From Candidatus Woesearchaeota archaeon (GTDB lineage Archaea > Nanobdellota > Nanobdellia > Woesearchaeales > 0-14-0-80-44-23), in NCBI GenBank assembly GCA_038874135.1, contig JAVZCZ010000001.1:64001-128000 (forward strand): a DNA stretch of 64,000 nt, given 5' to 3'. The notes below the pieces were generated by a model that searched no databases, was not told the origin of the DNA, and was given only the letters and a program-made list of their open reading frames with translations. The position numbers and the translations under genes are program-made. Position 1 is the stretch's first letter; each line of letters begins with the position of its first letter. Of this stretch, positions 36,084 to 45,624 are shown piece by piece.

Positions 36084-37280
36084 ATGTTCAATGCTTTTGA
36101 ACAGGTGCTCTTAGGAGTTTTTGGAGGGGTGCTGCTTGGGCTAATCTCCGGCTTAGTTCCAGGAATGCACATAAACCTCTTGGGCTCAACACTTCTCAGC
36201 GCCAGCATTTTTCTTCCCTCTTACTCCATGCTTATTTCTTCTCTAATATTTTCAGCTGCAGCCTCTCAGCTCTTCTCTTCCTTCATCCCATCAATATTCT
36301 TGGGAGCGCCTAGCAGTGAAAACTTTCTAAGCGCACTGCCAGGGCACAAGTTACTGTTAAAGGGCTTCGGCATGAGAGCCCTCTTCATATCTGTTGTGGC
36401 TGCACTTCTCGGAATGTTATGCTCCTTCTTGTTACTTCCAGTTTTTATTTTCTTAGCTCCGCACCTTTACAGAATCATATTGCCAGCAATTCCTTACTCC
36501 CTAATCATCGTTTCACTAAGCATGTTTCTAAAAGAGGAAACCTTGAAGAAGAGGGTTTGGGCAGTAGTGTGCTTTCTGCTTTCAGGCGCAGCCGGGATTG
36601 TTGCTCTTAATTCTCAAATGCGAAACCCCTTAACCCCAATGCTTTCAGGCCTATTCGGTGCTGGAATGCTGATGTTCAGCATTTTCAGCACAAGCAGGAT
36701 TCCCAATCAGCATTCTGAAAATTTCAGAATTTCAGCTTCTTCATTGAAGAATCTTCCATTCTCAGTTTTGTCAGGTGGGCTGGTCTGCTTGTTTCCTGCA
36801 ATGGGACCAGCTCAGGCTGCTGCCATATCTTCTGAACTTTCTAAGGCTGAAGGAGAGGACTATCTTGTCCTATCAGGCGGGATTTCGTCAGCTAATCTTC
36901 TTCTCAGTCTTGGAACCGCTCTTTCTATAGGTAAGGCTAGGAATGGTGGAACTGCGCTTGCAGTTTCTTTTGGGATTTCTGAGAGGGTGGTAGCTGTTTT
37001 GGCTCTTTGCGCTCTTGTTTCAGCAGCTCTTTCAGCATTTATAGTTATGCTCATCTCACCCCTTTTTCTCTCTCTAATTCAAAAGTTCAATTATGGACTG
37101 ATTGCAGCTTTTTCTTTAGCCTCAATATTTTTGATATGCTTTATTTCTTCTGGATTTGTCGGAGTTGTCCTATTTCTTGTCTGCTCTTCAATAGGACTCC
37201 TAGCAAACCTTCTCGGATTGAACAGAAGCTGCCTGATGGGCTGTTTGACTATTCCAATAATTTTTAATTATTTCACTTAA
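36084..37280 (+). CDS. tripartite tricarboxylate transporter TctA-family permease (DUF112-like)
   Basis: GLVPGMHIN, IPSIFLGAP, LPGHKLLLKGFGMRA; multi-TM. Confidence 0.85.
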   Translation: MFNAFEQVLLGVFGGVLLGLISGLVPGMHINLLGSTLLSASIFLPSYSMLISSLIFSAAASQLFSSFIPSIFLGAPSSENFLSALPGHKLLLKGFGMRALFISVVAALLGMLCSFLLLPVFIFLAPHLYRIILPAIPYSLIIVSLSMFLKEETLKKRVWAVVCFLLSGAAGIVALNSQMRNPLTPMLSGLFGAGMLMFSIFSTSRIPNQHSENFRISASSLKNLPFSVLSGGLVCLFPAMGPAQAAAISSELSKAEGEDYLVLSGGISSANLLLSLGTALSIGKARNGGTALAVSFGISERVVAVLALCALVSAALSAFIVMLISPLFLSLIQKFNYGLIAAFSLASIFLICFISSGFVGVVLFLVCSSIGLLANLLGLNRSCLMGCLTIPIIFNYFT

Positions 37281-37364
37281 AATTTTTTTTAACCGTTGAA
37301 GGATTAATAAATTTTTTAAATAGAAAGTGGTTGCCTAATTCAACTTGTTAATAAATTATTAAAA

Positions 37365-37985
37365 ATGGACACGGAATTTGAAGAGCAAAAGTCCTATTCT
37401 TATGACAGGACGGTTCATCTCAGAATGAGCGGATGCAGGAATCTCTATGAGGATTCTCTTGAAGATATAATTAACGCATGTGTATTTCTTTCCAATGCTG
37501 ACGAGCGCGAGAGGATTATTCATAAGTTTTCTCCTCAGGGCGTGAGCTCCTCTTCAATATTGAGCGAGAGCCACCTTAACTTTCACATCTCTCCAGAGGA
37601 GCATGAAAGGTATGTTCAGATTGATATTTCTACCTGTGGAAGGCACACCACGCCTACAAAAATAGTGAGGTTTCTCATGGCATCTTTCATTCCGAGGGAA
37701 GCCAAGCTAAAGTATGAATACCTGGGTTTTGATTATATTGAGGATATCTTTCCAAAGAATGAGAACGATTTTCTAGATGAGATGTTTGAGAAAAGGTACC
37801 ATTTTGATTTTGAAGGAAAGCACCTGGTATACATATGGTCTTATTACAGTGCTAATTTTCCAATGCGCGAATTTGAAAGATATCTAGTGTATGAAGTTTC
37901 AGAATTGAAAAATCTGAACGACCAAAATCTTAGGGAGTTCTACGTTCACTTTAAATTTTTAAGAATGCAACCTATTTATTCTTAA
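37365..37985 (+). CDS. speD: pyruvoyl-dependent S-adenosylmethionine decarboxylase family proenzyme
   Basis: HKFSPQGVS...LSESHL.FH..PE...IDISTCG. Confidence 0.8.
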   Translation: MDTEFEEQKSYSYDRTVHLRMSGCRNLYEDSLEDIINACVFLSNADERERIIHKFSPQGVSSSSILSESHLNFHISPEEHERYVQIDISTCGRHTTPTKIVRFLMASFIPREAKLKYEYLGFDYIEDIFPKNENDFLDEMFEKRYHFDFEGKHLVYIWSYYSANFPMREFERYLVYEVSELKNLNDQNLREFYVHFKFLRMQPIYS

Positions 37986-38000
37986 GCTTTCAATCTTTTT

Positions 38001-39395
38001 TCACTGCGGCATTATTATTCCATAGCCTATTAGCCTATACCTGTCTCCCAAGCGTCTGGAGATTGTTACCCTTGAACCGGCTTCTGCACATACTGGAAGC
38101 TTCAGAGCGCATTCAATAATGTCCTTTCCAAGCTTTACAACCTTACCTACCGTGGCTGCAGAATTCACATTTAGCATTAGAAACTCGTCCATCTTTATCG
38201 GCTCAACCACCAACTCGTCCTTAGCGCCGACTACTCTTTCAAGAAGTTTTATGCTTAGTTTTAAAGAATACCACACTGGAGGCAACTTGCCAGGCATTCC
38301 AACTATTGAACCTGACAGGCTATCTGACTTTACTATTGAAGGATCCATCTCAGTCATTATAGCGGAGGATCCGCCAGGCCTTAGCTCTTGAACCTTCACT
38401 CCGCCAGTCATCAGTCCAAGTATGCGCGTCCTTATCGGTAGCCACTGCACCCTGCCCTCCCTTTCAACTCTTCTTCCAGGCTTTATCTCAATTTCCTGTC
38501 CCACTACAAGTTTTCCCTGCTTTACGCTTCCGCCTAGAACTCCTCCCTGCATGTTTTCAGGTAGAGTGCCCGGCTTGTTTATGTCAAAGGATCTTGCTAC
38601 TAAGAAGAGCGGGTCTTTATTCTCGTCCCTTTTTGGAGTTAGAAATCTTTTTTCTATCGCTTCAAGTATCAGGTCTATGTTTATGTTCTGCTGTGCGGAA
38701 ACTGGTATTATTGGAGCGTTTTCGTATTGTGTGCCTTTTAGGAAGCTTCTTATCTGGTTGTAATTCTCAATTGCTTCCTCTTTTGAAACCAGGTCTATCT
38801 TGTTCTGTATGACTATGATGTCCTTTATTCCGACTATTTGAAGCGCCATCAGGTGTTCCTTTGTCTGCGGCTGCGGGCATGGCTCATTAGCTGCTATGAG
38901 CAGGAGCGCATAGTCCATTATAGTGGCTCCGGAAAGCATTGTTGCCATTAAACTTTCGTGTCCTGGAGCATCTATGAAGCTAACCTTTCTTAGAAAGACG
39001 GTTTCAGAGCTGCAATGTGGGCATTTATCCTTAGTGGTGTAGCAGTCCGGCTCAGGGCATTTTGGACACTTTCTTATCACCATATCAGCATATCCCAGCT
39101 TTATAGTTATGCCTAGCCTTATCTCTTCAGAGTGTGTGTCAGTCCACTTGCCAGTTAGGCGTTCTGTAAGGGTTGTTTTTCCGTGGTCTACATGTCCTAC
39201 AAGTCCTATGTTTATCTCCGGCTGTTCATCTTCTCTCTTTATTTCAATTTTTTCTTCAGATTTTGCGTGGTGAGGCTTCTGCTCTTCTCCAGCTGTTTTT
39301 CTCTTATATGTCCGTTTGGGTTTTTCAGCTGCTTTTACCTCTGAAGAATTCTGCGCTCCTTCCAGGATTGACTCTTCGCTTTTTTTTCTTCCCAT
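38001..39395 (-). CDS. eif2g: translation initiation factor aIF2 gamma
   Basis: GHVDHGKTT, GITIKLGYA, DAPGHE, NKID, RSFDINKPG. Confidence 0.97.
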   Translation of the reverse strand: MGRKKSEESILEGAQNSSEVKAAEKPKRTYKRKTAGEEQKPHHAKSEEKIEIKREDEQPEINIGLVGHVDHGKTTLTERLTGKWTDTHSEEIRLGITIKLGYADMVIRKCPKCPEPDCYTTKDKCPHCSSETVFLRKVSFIDAPGHESLMATMLSGATIMDYALLLIAANEPCPQPQTKEHLMALQIVGIKDIIVIQNKIDLVSKEEAIENYNQIRSFLKGTQYENAPIIPVSAQQNINIDLILEAIEKRFLTPKRDENKDPLFLVARSFDINKPGTLPENMQGGVLGGSVKQGKLVVGQEIEIKPGRRVEREGRVQWLPIRTRILGLMTGGVKVQELRPGGSSAIMTEMDPSIVKSDSLSGSIVGMPGKLPPVWYSLKLSIKLLERVVGAKDELVVEPIKMDEFLMLNVNSAATVGKVVKLGKDIIECALKLPVCAEAGSRVTISRRLGDRYRLIGYGIIMPQ

Positions 39396-39407
39396 TTTTT
39401 ACTTTTT

Positions 39408-39800
39408 TTACTCCGCCTTTTCTTCCTTCTTCTCTTCTGCTAATGGCTTTGTTCCATACTTGAGGATTTTCATATTTATCTGAGAAGTTTTTGAATGTAT
39501 TGTGTTTCCAGCTACTGTCTTTCTGAGCCTCTGCCCCTTAGGCACATTTCTTACTCCTGTGCTTCTGACAGTGTATATCCTCTTCCTGCCCGCCTCGTTT
39601 AGGTCCTTCCTCATTGGAAATCCGCAGTAGTCAGAGCCGCCTGTTATTTCAAATTCGTATCCGGGCATTCCAATGTCTTCTCCAGGAACCTTATCACCTA
39701 TCTTCTTGCCTATCAGTTTTGAGGCTTCAGTTCCTTTTGCCTCGTGCTTGTAGCATTTTCCTGTTTTTGGGTCAGCAATCACGATTTTGAAGTCAGCCAT
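39408..39800 (-). CDS. rps6e: 30S ribosomal protein S6e
   Basis: DPKTGK, IGKKIGD, ITGGSD..GFPMR, RKTVAGN. Confidence 0.95.
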   Translation of the reverse strand: MADFKIVIADPKTGKCYKHEAKGTEASKLIGKKIGDKVPGEDIGMPGYEFEITGGSDYCGFPMRKDLNEAGRKRIYTVRSTGVRNVPKGQRLRKTVAGNTIHSKTSQINMKILKYGTKPLAEEKKEEKAE

Positions 39801-39957
39801 TCTGATTCCTCCCTACTAAATTTTTATTCCAATCAGGATTTGGGTTCTATTTAAATAGTTTACTACTCCGTCTCATTAAAAGCTTTAGCTTAACTTTTTG
39901 TCAAGTTTTTTATACTTGCTAATAAAACCTGAAAAACATTTTGTGGTGAATCCTCAA

Positions 39958-40863
39958 ATGCAGGAGAACTTTTACGAAGAAGAACTTGAAACCTGGCTCA
40001 GAGCGGGAAGAATCGGTGCTGAGGCACGCGAATACGCTAGAACTCTAATTAAGCCAGGCGTTTCCCTCGTTGAGGTAGCGGAAAAGGTTGAGGAGAAGAT
40101 AAGGCAGCTGGGCGGCGTTCCGGCATTTCCAGTGCAGCTCTCTCTTAACAGCTTTGCAGCTCACTACTGTCCCGACATTGAAGATAAAACCTTATTGAAA
40201 GAGGAAGACCTTGTTAAGGTAGATTTAGGAGTCAGTGTTGAAGGGTGCATATCTGACACTGCTTTCACAGCCTATCTTGGGAGTGATGAGAAGATTCTCA
40301 GACTGATAAGTGCTTCGCAGAACGCTTTAAAGAATGCAGCTAAAGAGGTGAAGTTTGGAGCGGAGATTGGTAGGATTGGTAGGATAATTCAGGATAGCAT
40401 AACCTCCTTAGGATTTTCACCTGTTAGAAACCTTTCAGGGCACGGGCTTGGTAAATTTCAGATACACACCAGTCCAACAATACCCAATTTCGCAGTTTCT
40501 TCCAAAAGCCTTTTTTCAGTTCAGGCAGTTGCGATTGAGCCGTTTGCCACTGATGGAGTTGGCATAGTTGAGGATTCGGGAGTGCCGAATGTTTTTGCAT
40601 TAACCAACAAGAAGCCAGTGCGCGACCCAATAACGCGGAAGGTATTATCCTTAATATTGGAATACAACGGCCTCCCATTTGCTAGGCGCTGGTTGGAATA
40701 TAAGTTTTCAAAGGGTGAGGTGAATTTTGCTCTCAGAAACCTCTTAAGGGATGAGATAATAACAGAGTATCCGCCGCTTGCTGAGATTTCAAACGGCATG
40801 GTCAGTCAGGCAGAGCACACTTTTCTGATTCTGAAAGATAAAACGATTATGAGCACAGAGTAG
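39958..40863 (+). CDS. map: type II methionine aminopeptidase
   Basis: PAFP, AAHY, KVDLGV, DTAFT, NLSGHG, AIEPF, QAEHT. Confidence 0.95.
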   Translation: MQENFYEEELETWLRAGRIGAEAREYARTLIKPGVSLVEVAEKVEEKIRQLGGVPAFPVQLSLNSFAAHYCPDIEDKTLLKEEDLVKVDLGVSVEGCISDTAFTAYLGSDEKILRLISASQNALKNAAKEVKFGAEIGRIGRIIQDSITSLGFSPVRNLSGHGLGKFQIHTSPTIPNFAVSSKSLFSVQAVAIEPFATDGVGIVEDSGVPNVFALTNKKPVRDPITRKVLSLILEYNGLPFARRWLEYKFSKGEVNFALRNLLRDEIITEYPPLAEISNGMVSQAEHTFLILKDKTIMSTE

Positions 40864-40864
40864 C

Positions 40865-42796
40865 CTAATTTTCAGACGGCTTTTTTGTGAAGAAATCTTT
40901 AAGCACTTCCTCATAATATGATGTTGATACCAGCTTCCAATCGCGCGGCATGAGCTTCTTATAATTCTCATAGTTATACCGCTCATCAAGGAATACTAAT
41001 GCAGCGTAGTCTGTGCTGCTCCTTATGCACCTTCCTGCACTCTGTATAGCTTTGCTCATGGCAGGTATTGAGTAGCCGTATTCAAAGCCCCTTCCGAACC
41101 TCTCCTGATATAGCTGTATCAGGCTCATGACCTTTAAGTCTGGCGGCCTGAGCGGGAGCCCGATTAGCATTGCACACTTTAAAGTGTTGGGAAGGTCTAT
41201 CCCTTCGGAGAATGAGGCGCCAACCACTGCGCAGAGCACGCCGCTTCTGTCATTCACCAGCTTACTTATAAGCCCTGCCTTCTCCTCCTTAGACATCTTC
41301 TGACTCTCTACATATAGTTTTCTGTCCTGAATTTGCAGCTTTTCCAGCACTGAGCTCATAATTGAGTAGCTTGGAAAGAATAGAACTGCCCTTCCGGGAA
41401 TGAGGCTTAGCACTTGTTTTATGTGGAATGCTATCCTTCTAAACTCAACATCGCTTCTCATCTGAAACCTTGTTGTCGTTTCTGGTATTATCAGAGTGAG
41501 TCTGTTTTTCTGGGGAAAAGGATTACCGTACGCTTTCATGTTAGGATAGTCAAATCCTAGAATGTCTGAATACATCTCAATTGGCTCAAGTGTTGCGCTC
41601 ATTAGCACCATCGCCTGAGCCCCTTCTATTACTTCCTTGGTTAATATTGATGGGTCTGTGCAAAAATATTCCAGACTAAACGGATTCTCTTTGCTGCTCA
41701 GATGGCCTATCATTATGAATTCTTCCCGCTCTCTTGTGCTGTAGCACAGCTTCAGAAAGTCGGAAATTCTGCCCAGGAAGCTCCTCTTCTGTTCTCTTCT
41801 CACTATGTCGGCACTTTCTTCCAGCTCTTTCAGCATTTTTTTCCATTCAAACCTTTCTAAGAACTCAATCAGTTCAGAAGTATCAATTAGCTCTTCTCCA
41901 AACCTGCTAGCTCTTCCACCTTCTATTGCTTCGGACTCCTTACTTATCATGAATTCTATTAAGGCTTTGAGATAATCTGAGCACTTCAGTGAGAATCTCT
42001 TGTTTTCTCTAAGTGCTAGCTGAATAGTTTTTTCGTTTATCTGGCTGGAGAGCATCTCTCTTAGTCGTTCTGGAAGGTTGTGGGCTTCATCTACGATTAT
42101 TATTGAGTCTTTTAACGAAGCTCCAGTTTTTTTGAGGAATGCCTCTCTAATTTCAGGATTGAATATGTGGTTGTAGTCGCATATTATTACATCAGCTTCT
42201 TTGGCTATCCCGCAGGCAATCTCGTATGGGCATAGGATGGCATCTCTGCATATCCTGCACAGCTCCAGGGTAGGCAGGTTTTTCTCTTTCAGGAATTCCA
42301 GCATCTTTGAAGCGTCATTTGTGAAACGCTTTTCTGCTGAGTTTTCCACGGTTTTGGTATAGTAGTGGCACTTTTTGTCTGCTCTGAGGGCTCTGCAGTA
42401 TTCTGAGAAGTCGCTTGGAAGGAAATTTGTTACATCTTCAAACCCGCACAGGAACTTCTTTCCGAATATGTCTGCTAGTATTATTCTGTTTTCAGGATTT
42501 TTTTCGTTTATTTTTCTTATTGTTTCTATAACTATTGTGTGTTGAGTGTGTCTGGAAGTTAGGAAGAATATCTTCATTCGCCTGCCGGAGTTTTTCTGTT
42601 CTTCAACAAATTTTAGGGATGGTGCTAGAACCCCAACTGTTTTTCCTATTCCTGTAGGAGCATGTACGAGTATGTCTTGGCTTCGTTTTATTGATGTGTA
42701 AATGTCTAGGATTAGTTCTTCTTGGAATTCTCTTACTTTTTCATAAGGGAAGAATTTTAGGATTGAGTTTAGGACTTCTTCAGAATATTTTTCCAT
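40865..42796 (-). CDS. xpd: XPD/Rad3-family FeS DNA helicase
   Basis: APTGIGKT, four Cys of the FeS domain, DEAHN, SATL, FPSY, SEGID, QSAGRCIR. Confidence 0.92.
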   Translation of the reverse strand: MEKYSEEVLNSILKFFPYEKVREFQEELILDIYTSIKRSQDILVHAPTGIGKTVGVLAPSLKFVEEQKNSGRRMKIFFLTSRHTQHTIVIETIRKINEKNPENRIILADIFGKKFLCGFEDVTNFLPSDFSEYCRALRADKKCHYYTKTVENSAEKRFTNDASKMLEFLKEKNLPTLELCRICRDAILCPYEIACGIAKEADVIICDYNHIFNPEIREAFLKKTGASLKDSIIIVDEAHNLPERLREMLSSQINEKTIQLALRENKRFSLKCSDYLKALIEFMISKESEAIEGGRASRFGEELIDTSELIEFLERFEWKKMLKELEESADIVRREQKRSFLGRISDFLKLCYSTREREEFIMIGHLSSKENPFSLEYFCTDPSILTKEVIEGAQAMVLMSATLEPIEMYSDILGFDYPNMKAYGNPFPQKNRLTLIIPETTTRFQMRSDVEFRRIAFHIKQVLSLIPGRAVLFFPSYSIMSSVLEKLQIQDRKLYVESQKMSKEEKAGLISKLVNDRSGVLCAVVGASFSEGIDLPNTLKCAMLIGLPLRPPDLKVMSLIQLYQERFGRGFEYGYSIPAMSKAIQSAGRCIRSSTDYAALVFLDERYNYENYKKLMPRDWKLVSTSYYEEVLKDFFTKKPSEN

Positions 42797-42844
42797 GTGT
42801 GAGTGTAATCGTGCAATTTTTTAAAAGCTTATCCAAAAGAGGGA

Positions 42845-43243
42845 TTATTCGTGCACTTCCTTTTTCATCTCAGCTAGCCACTTGTCTGCAATTATTGACA
42901 GCTGTTTTGAAAAGTCGTCAGAAATTCTATAAATCTTCTTGTACAGGTCGTAGTAGATTATGCCCATGCTTTTCATCGGGGTGAGTATCCTGTCGTAAAA
43001 CTGCCTCTTGTTGTATGAGAGCCTTAATTTTTTTCCAATGTAGGGCACTCTGTCAATTTTTGTTTCTAACTTGCCCTCGTGAAGCCTTGTTGCGAAGTCT
43101 GACATCTGGGCTTTAGTCATCTGACCCCCTTTTAGCTTCATTTCTCTTATGAGTGCCTGAGCAACAATTATCTGCTGCTCGGTTGCAAATATTATCTCGT
43201 ATATGTCATCTGGAAGATTAAACTTGTCAAACAAGATTACCAT
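42845..43243 (-). CDS. hypothetical protein (possible winged helix)
   Basis: YNKRQFYDRILTPMKSMGII..D...K.Y; start moved to the ATG after GGGGGTG. Confidence 0.6.
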   Translation of the reverse strand: MVILFDKFNLPDDIYEIIFATEQQIIVAQALIREMKLKGGQMTKAQMSDFATRLHEGKLETKIDRVPYIGKKLRLSYNKRQFYDRILTPMKSMGIIYYDLYKKIYRISDDFSKQLSIIADKWLAEMKKEVHE

Positions 43244-43368
43244 TCCACACCCCCAAAGACTGCTAAGAAACACTAATATATAAATTTTACTCAATATTAT
43301 ATTGATATACCTTTCATTGAACTTTAAGTCCTTTTTTTGATATTAAAACATTTAAATGTATACTAATT

Positions 43369-43503
43369 TTAGTTTTTTCTTCCTCTTAATTTTTTTTCAA
43401 TATTCTCAAAAGATATTCTTATCCTATACATCTCGTAAGCCATCCATAGACAACCCATTGCTATGGGTATCTGCGTAATTAAAATTGAAGTGTAGGTTTC
43501 CAT
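43369..43503 (-). CDS. 44-aa single-TM microprotein (not in ORF track)
   Basis: METYTSILITQIPIAMGCLWMAYEMYRIRISFENIEKKLRGRKN with GGGGGT SD. Confidence 0.5.
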   Translation of the reverse strand: METYTSILITQIPIAMGCLWMAYEMYRIRISFENIEKKLRGRKN

Positions 43504-43519
43504 TCTTATTCTACCCCCA

Positions 43520-43665
43520 TTATTTTTTATTCTTTGATTTTTTGGTTAATCTCCTTTCAATCTTATTGACTGCAAATTTGAGCTTATGCAATGATAACAG
43601 CATAAATGCTGCTATTATGATGTATGGAATATGAGTTATATTATTAGGACTAATGAAGTTCGCAT
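43520..43665 (-). pseudogene. frameshifted paralog of the 44-aa microprotein
   Basis: MRTSLVLII[+2 nt]THIPYIIIAAFMLLSLHKLKFAVNKIERRLTKK aligns in register with the downstream ORF. Confidence 0.4.
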
Positions 43666-43779
43666 AAGCTCTAGTTTAACCCTACCCATTTAAAATTTTT
43701 TTGTTGTTGCCCCCAATTTTTTAAAGTATGCTCTTTCCTAATTGAAACATTTTTATAACACTTAAAAATCCACTCTCTT

Positions 43780-44796
43780 ATGGATTCGGACAGAAAGTTC
43801 AGTATTGAAGATTTTGATTATTATGTGCCGAAGGATCTTATCGCCCAGGAGCCAATCCAGCCTAGAGACAAGGCACGCCTCATGATTCTGCAGGGATTCT
43901 CTATTCAGCACAAGATATTTTCAGACATTCCAAACTATGTAGGTGAGGGCGATGTTTTAGTAATAAATAACACGCGGGTAATACCAGCAAGGTTCTTTGG
44001 CAGAAAGGAAAGCGGTGGAAGGGTTGAGGCACTGCTGGTTAGGAAGCGCTCTGACGGTTCCTGGGAAGCACTAGTCTCAGGTAAGAATATAAAGCCAGGT
44101 TCCAAGCTGCTCTTTGACGACTTTTCAGCTGAGATACTCTCAAAAGAGGGGAACAAGTTTATTCTCAGCTTCAGCTCTGATGCTGAAGATATTCTCCCAA
44201 AGGGTGAGGTTCCACTGCCTCACTACATTAAGAAGCGGATTGAGAATCCTGAAGATTACCAGACGGTTTATTCCAAAAGAGCTGGAGCTATTGCTTCTCC
44301 CACTGCAGGGCTGCACTTCACTCCTCAGCTGATGAAAAACATTGAGGATAAGGGCGCTCGTTTTGTTGAGATAACACTTCATGTTAGCTTAGGCACCTTT
44401 CAGCCAGTTCACGATATTTCTTCTCACAAGATGGACCCTGAATATTATGAAGTTTCTCACGAAGCTGCTGAAATTATAAACTCTGCTTTTCGTAGTGGTA
44501 GAAGAATCTTTGCTGTTGGCACAACAGTGCTTAAAACCTTAGAAACCGTTTCAAGATTAGGAGTTGTATACCCGGGAAGTGGAGAGTCTTCACTATTCAT
44601 TAAGCCAGGGTACAGATTTGAGTCGCCTGTTTCTGCACTTATAACTAATTTTCACACTCCCAGGTCAACATTGATAATGCTGCTGGCAGCGTTTTCTGGT
44701 TATGATGAAGTTATGAATGCTTACAGGGTTGCTGTTTCTGAGCGTTATCGTTTTTTCAGCTTTGGAGACGCAATGCTAGCTTATAAGAAGGGCTAG
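43780..44796 (+). CDS. queA: S-adenosylmethionine:tRNA ribosyltransferase-isomerase
   Basis: FDY..P..LIAQEP, NNTRVIPAR, PLPHYI, YQTVY, ASPTAGLHF, LHVSLGTF, TNFHTPRSTL, YRFFSFGDAM. Confidence 0.97.
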   Translation: MDSDRKFSIEDFDYYVPKDLIAQEPIQPRDKARLMILQGFSIQHKIFSDIPNYVGEGDVLVINNTRVIPARFFGRKESGGRVEALLVRKRSDGSWEALVSGKNIKPGSKLLFDDFSAEILSKEGNKFILSFSSDAEDILPKGEVPLPHYIKKRIENPEDYQTVYSKRAGAIASPTAGLHFTPQLMKNIEDKGARFVEITLHVSLGTFQPVHDISSHKMDPEYYEVSHEAAEIINSAFRSGRRIFAVGTTVLKTLETVSRLGVVYPGSGESSLFIKPGYRFESPVSALITNFHTPRSTLIMLLAAFSGYDEVMNAYRVAVSERYRFFSFGDAMLAYKKG

Positions 44797-45341
44797 CATT
44801 TTCTTATTGAGAACTCGCATCCGCAGTAGTTCTGTCTGTAAATTCCTGAACTCTTGCATTCTCTTACTGAGTATTCAAACCCGCCTCCCTTCTTGAAATC
44901 GCCTGATACGAAGGTGAGTCCAAACTGGGAAGCCACTTCTTCTCCGATCCTGTTTATTATTTCTGCTTTCTTGTTTGAGCCCGATGTTAAGGTTGTTGAT
45001 ATTGCTTTAAATCCATGATTTTTAGCATACTCTGCAGTTCTTCTTAGTCTTTCTTCAAAGCAGAGTAGGCACCTTGCCCCGCCTTCCGGCTGGCTTTGAA
45101 ATTTTGGCGCTTTTGATACGAAAGAGAGCCACTCTTGGTGAGTATATTCCCCCTCTACTAAATTTATTCTTTCTTTTTCGCACGCTAGTTTTGCATTTTC
45201 CTTCCTCTTATCATACTCTTCTTTAGGGTATATGTTTGGGTTGAAGTAGAATGCTGTTATCTCGTAGTTATTTTTGAGATGGTGAAATGCTGCTAACAGG
45301 CATGGAGCGCAGCAGGTATGCAGGAGAAGTTTTTCTCTCAT
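44793..45341 (-). CDS. queH: epoxyqueuosine reductase QueH (DUF208)
   Basis: LLLHTCCAPC, NPNIYP, EGGARCLLC, YRQNYCGC; start corrected to exclude the tRNA. Confidence 0.93.
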   Translation of the reverse strand: MREKLLLHTCCAPCLLAAFHHLKNNYEITAFYFNPNIYPKEEYDKRKENAKLACEKERINLVEGEYTHQEWLSFVSKAPKFQSQPEGGARCLLCFEERLRRTAEYAKNHGFKAISTTLTSGSNKKAEIINRIGEEVASQFGLTFVSGDFKKGGGFEYSVRECKSSGIYRQNYCGCEFSIRKC

Positions 45342-45365
45342 TTTGTTTCTTTTAAAAATTGGACG

Positions 45366-45439
45366 GGCGGTAGCCGGAATTTGAATCCGGTCTAGAGGAT
45401 CCACAGTCCTCTGTGCTGCCAGGTTACACCACTACCGCC
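45366..45439 (-). tRNA. tRNA-His(GTG) with encoded G-1, no CCA
   Basis: Acceptor GCGGTAG/CTACCGC, anticodon arm GAGGA-CTGTGGA-TCCTC, T arm CCGGA-TTCAAAT-TCCGG, C discriminator. Confidence 0.95.
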
Positions 45440-45624
45440 ATATTTTTAGCTAAGATTTTGAGGTTTGTTATTTAAACATTTCGGGGAATCTTATCAAAGT
45501 GCGTTATTAAAATGGGCTGAGCAATTCATTTTTGTGATTTTTTTGTTATTGTGCAATGGTAAAAAATAGAAAGTTTTAAATATTATCTCTCTTTCTGATT
45601 TCTTCAAGTGGGGTGTTACTCAAT

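Noticed and set aside
45342-45404. N-terminal extension of queH in the ORF track
   Set aside because: Runs through tRNA-His; the real start is ATG 45341
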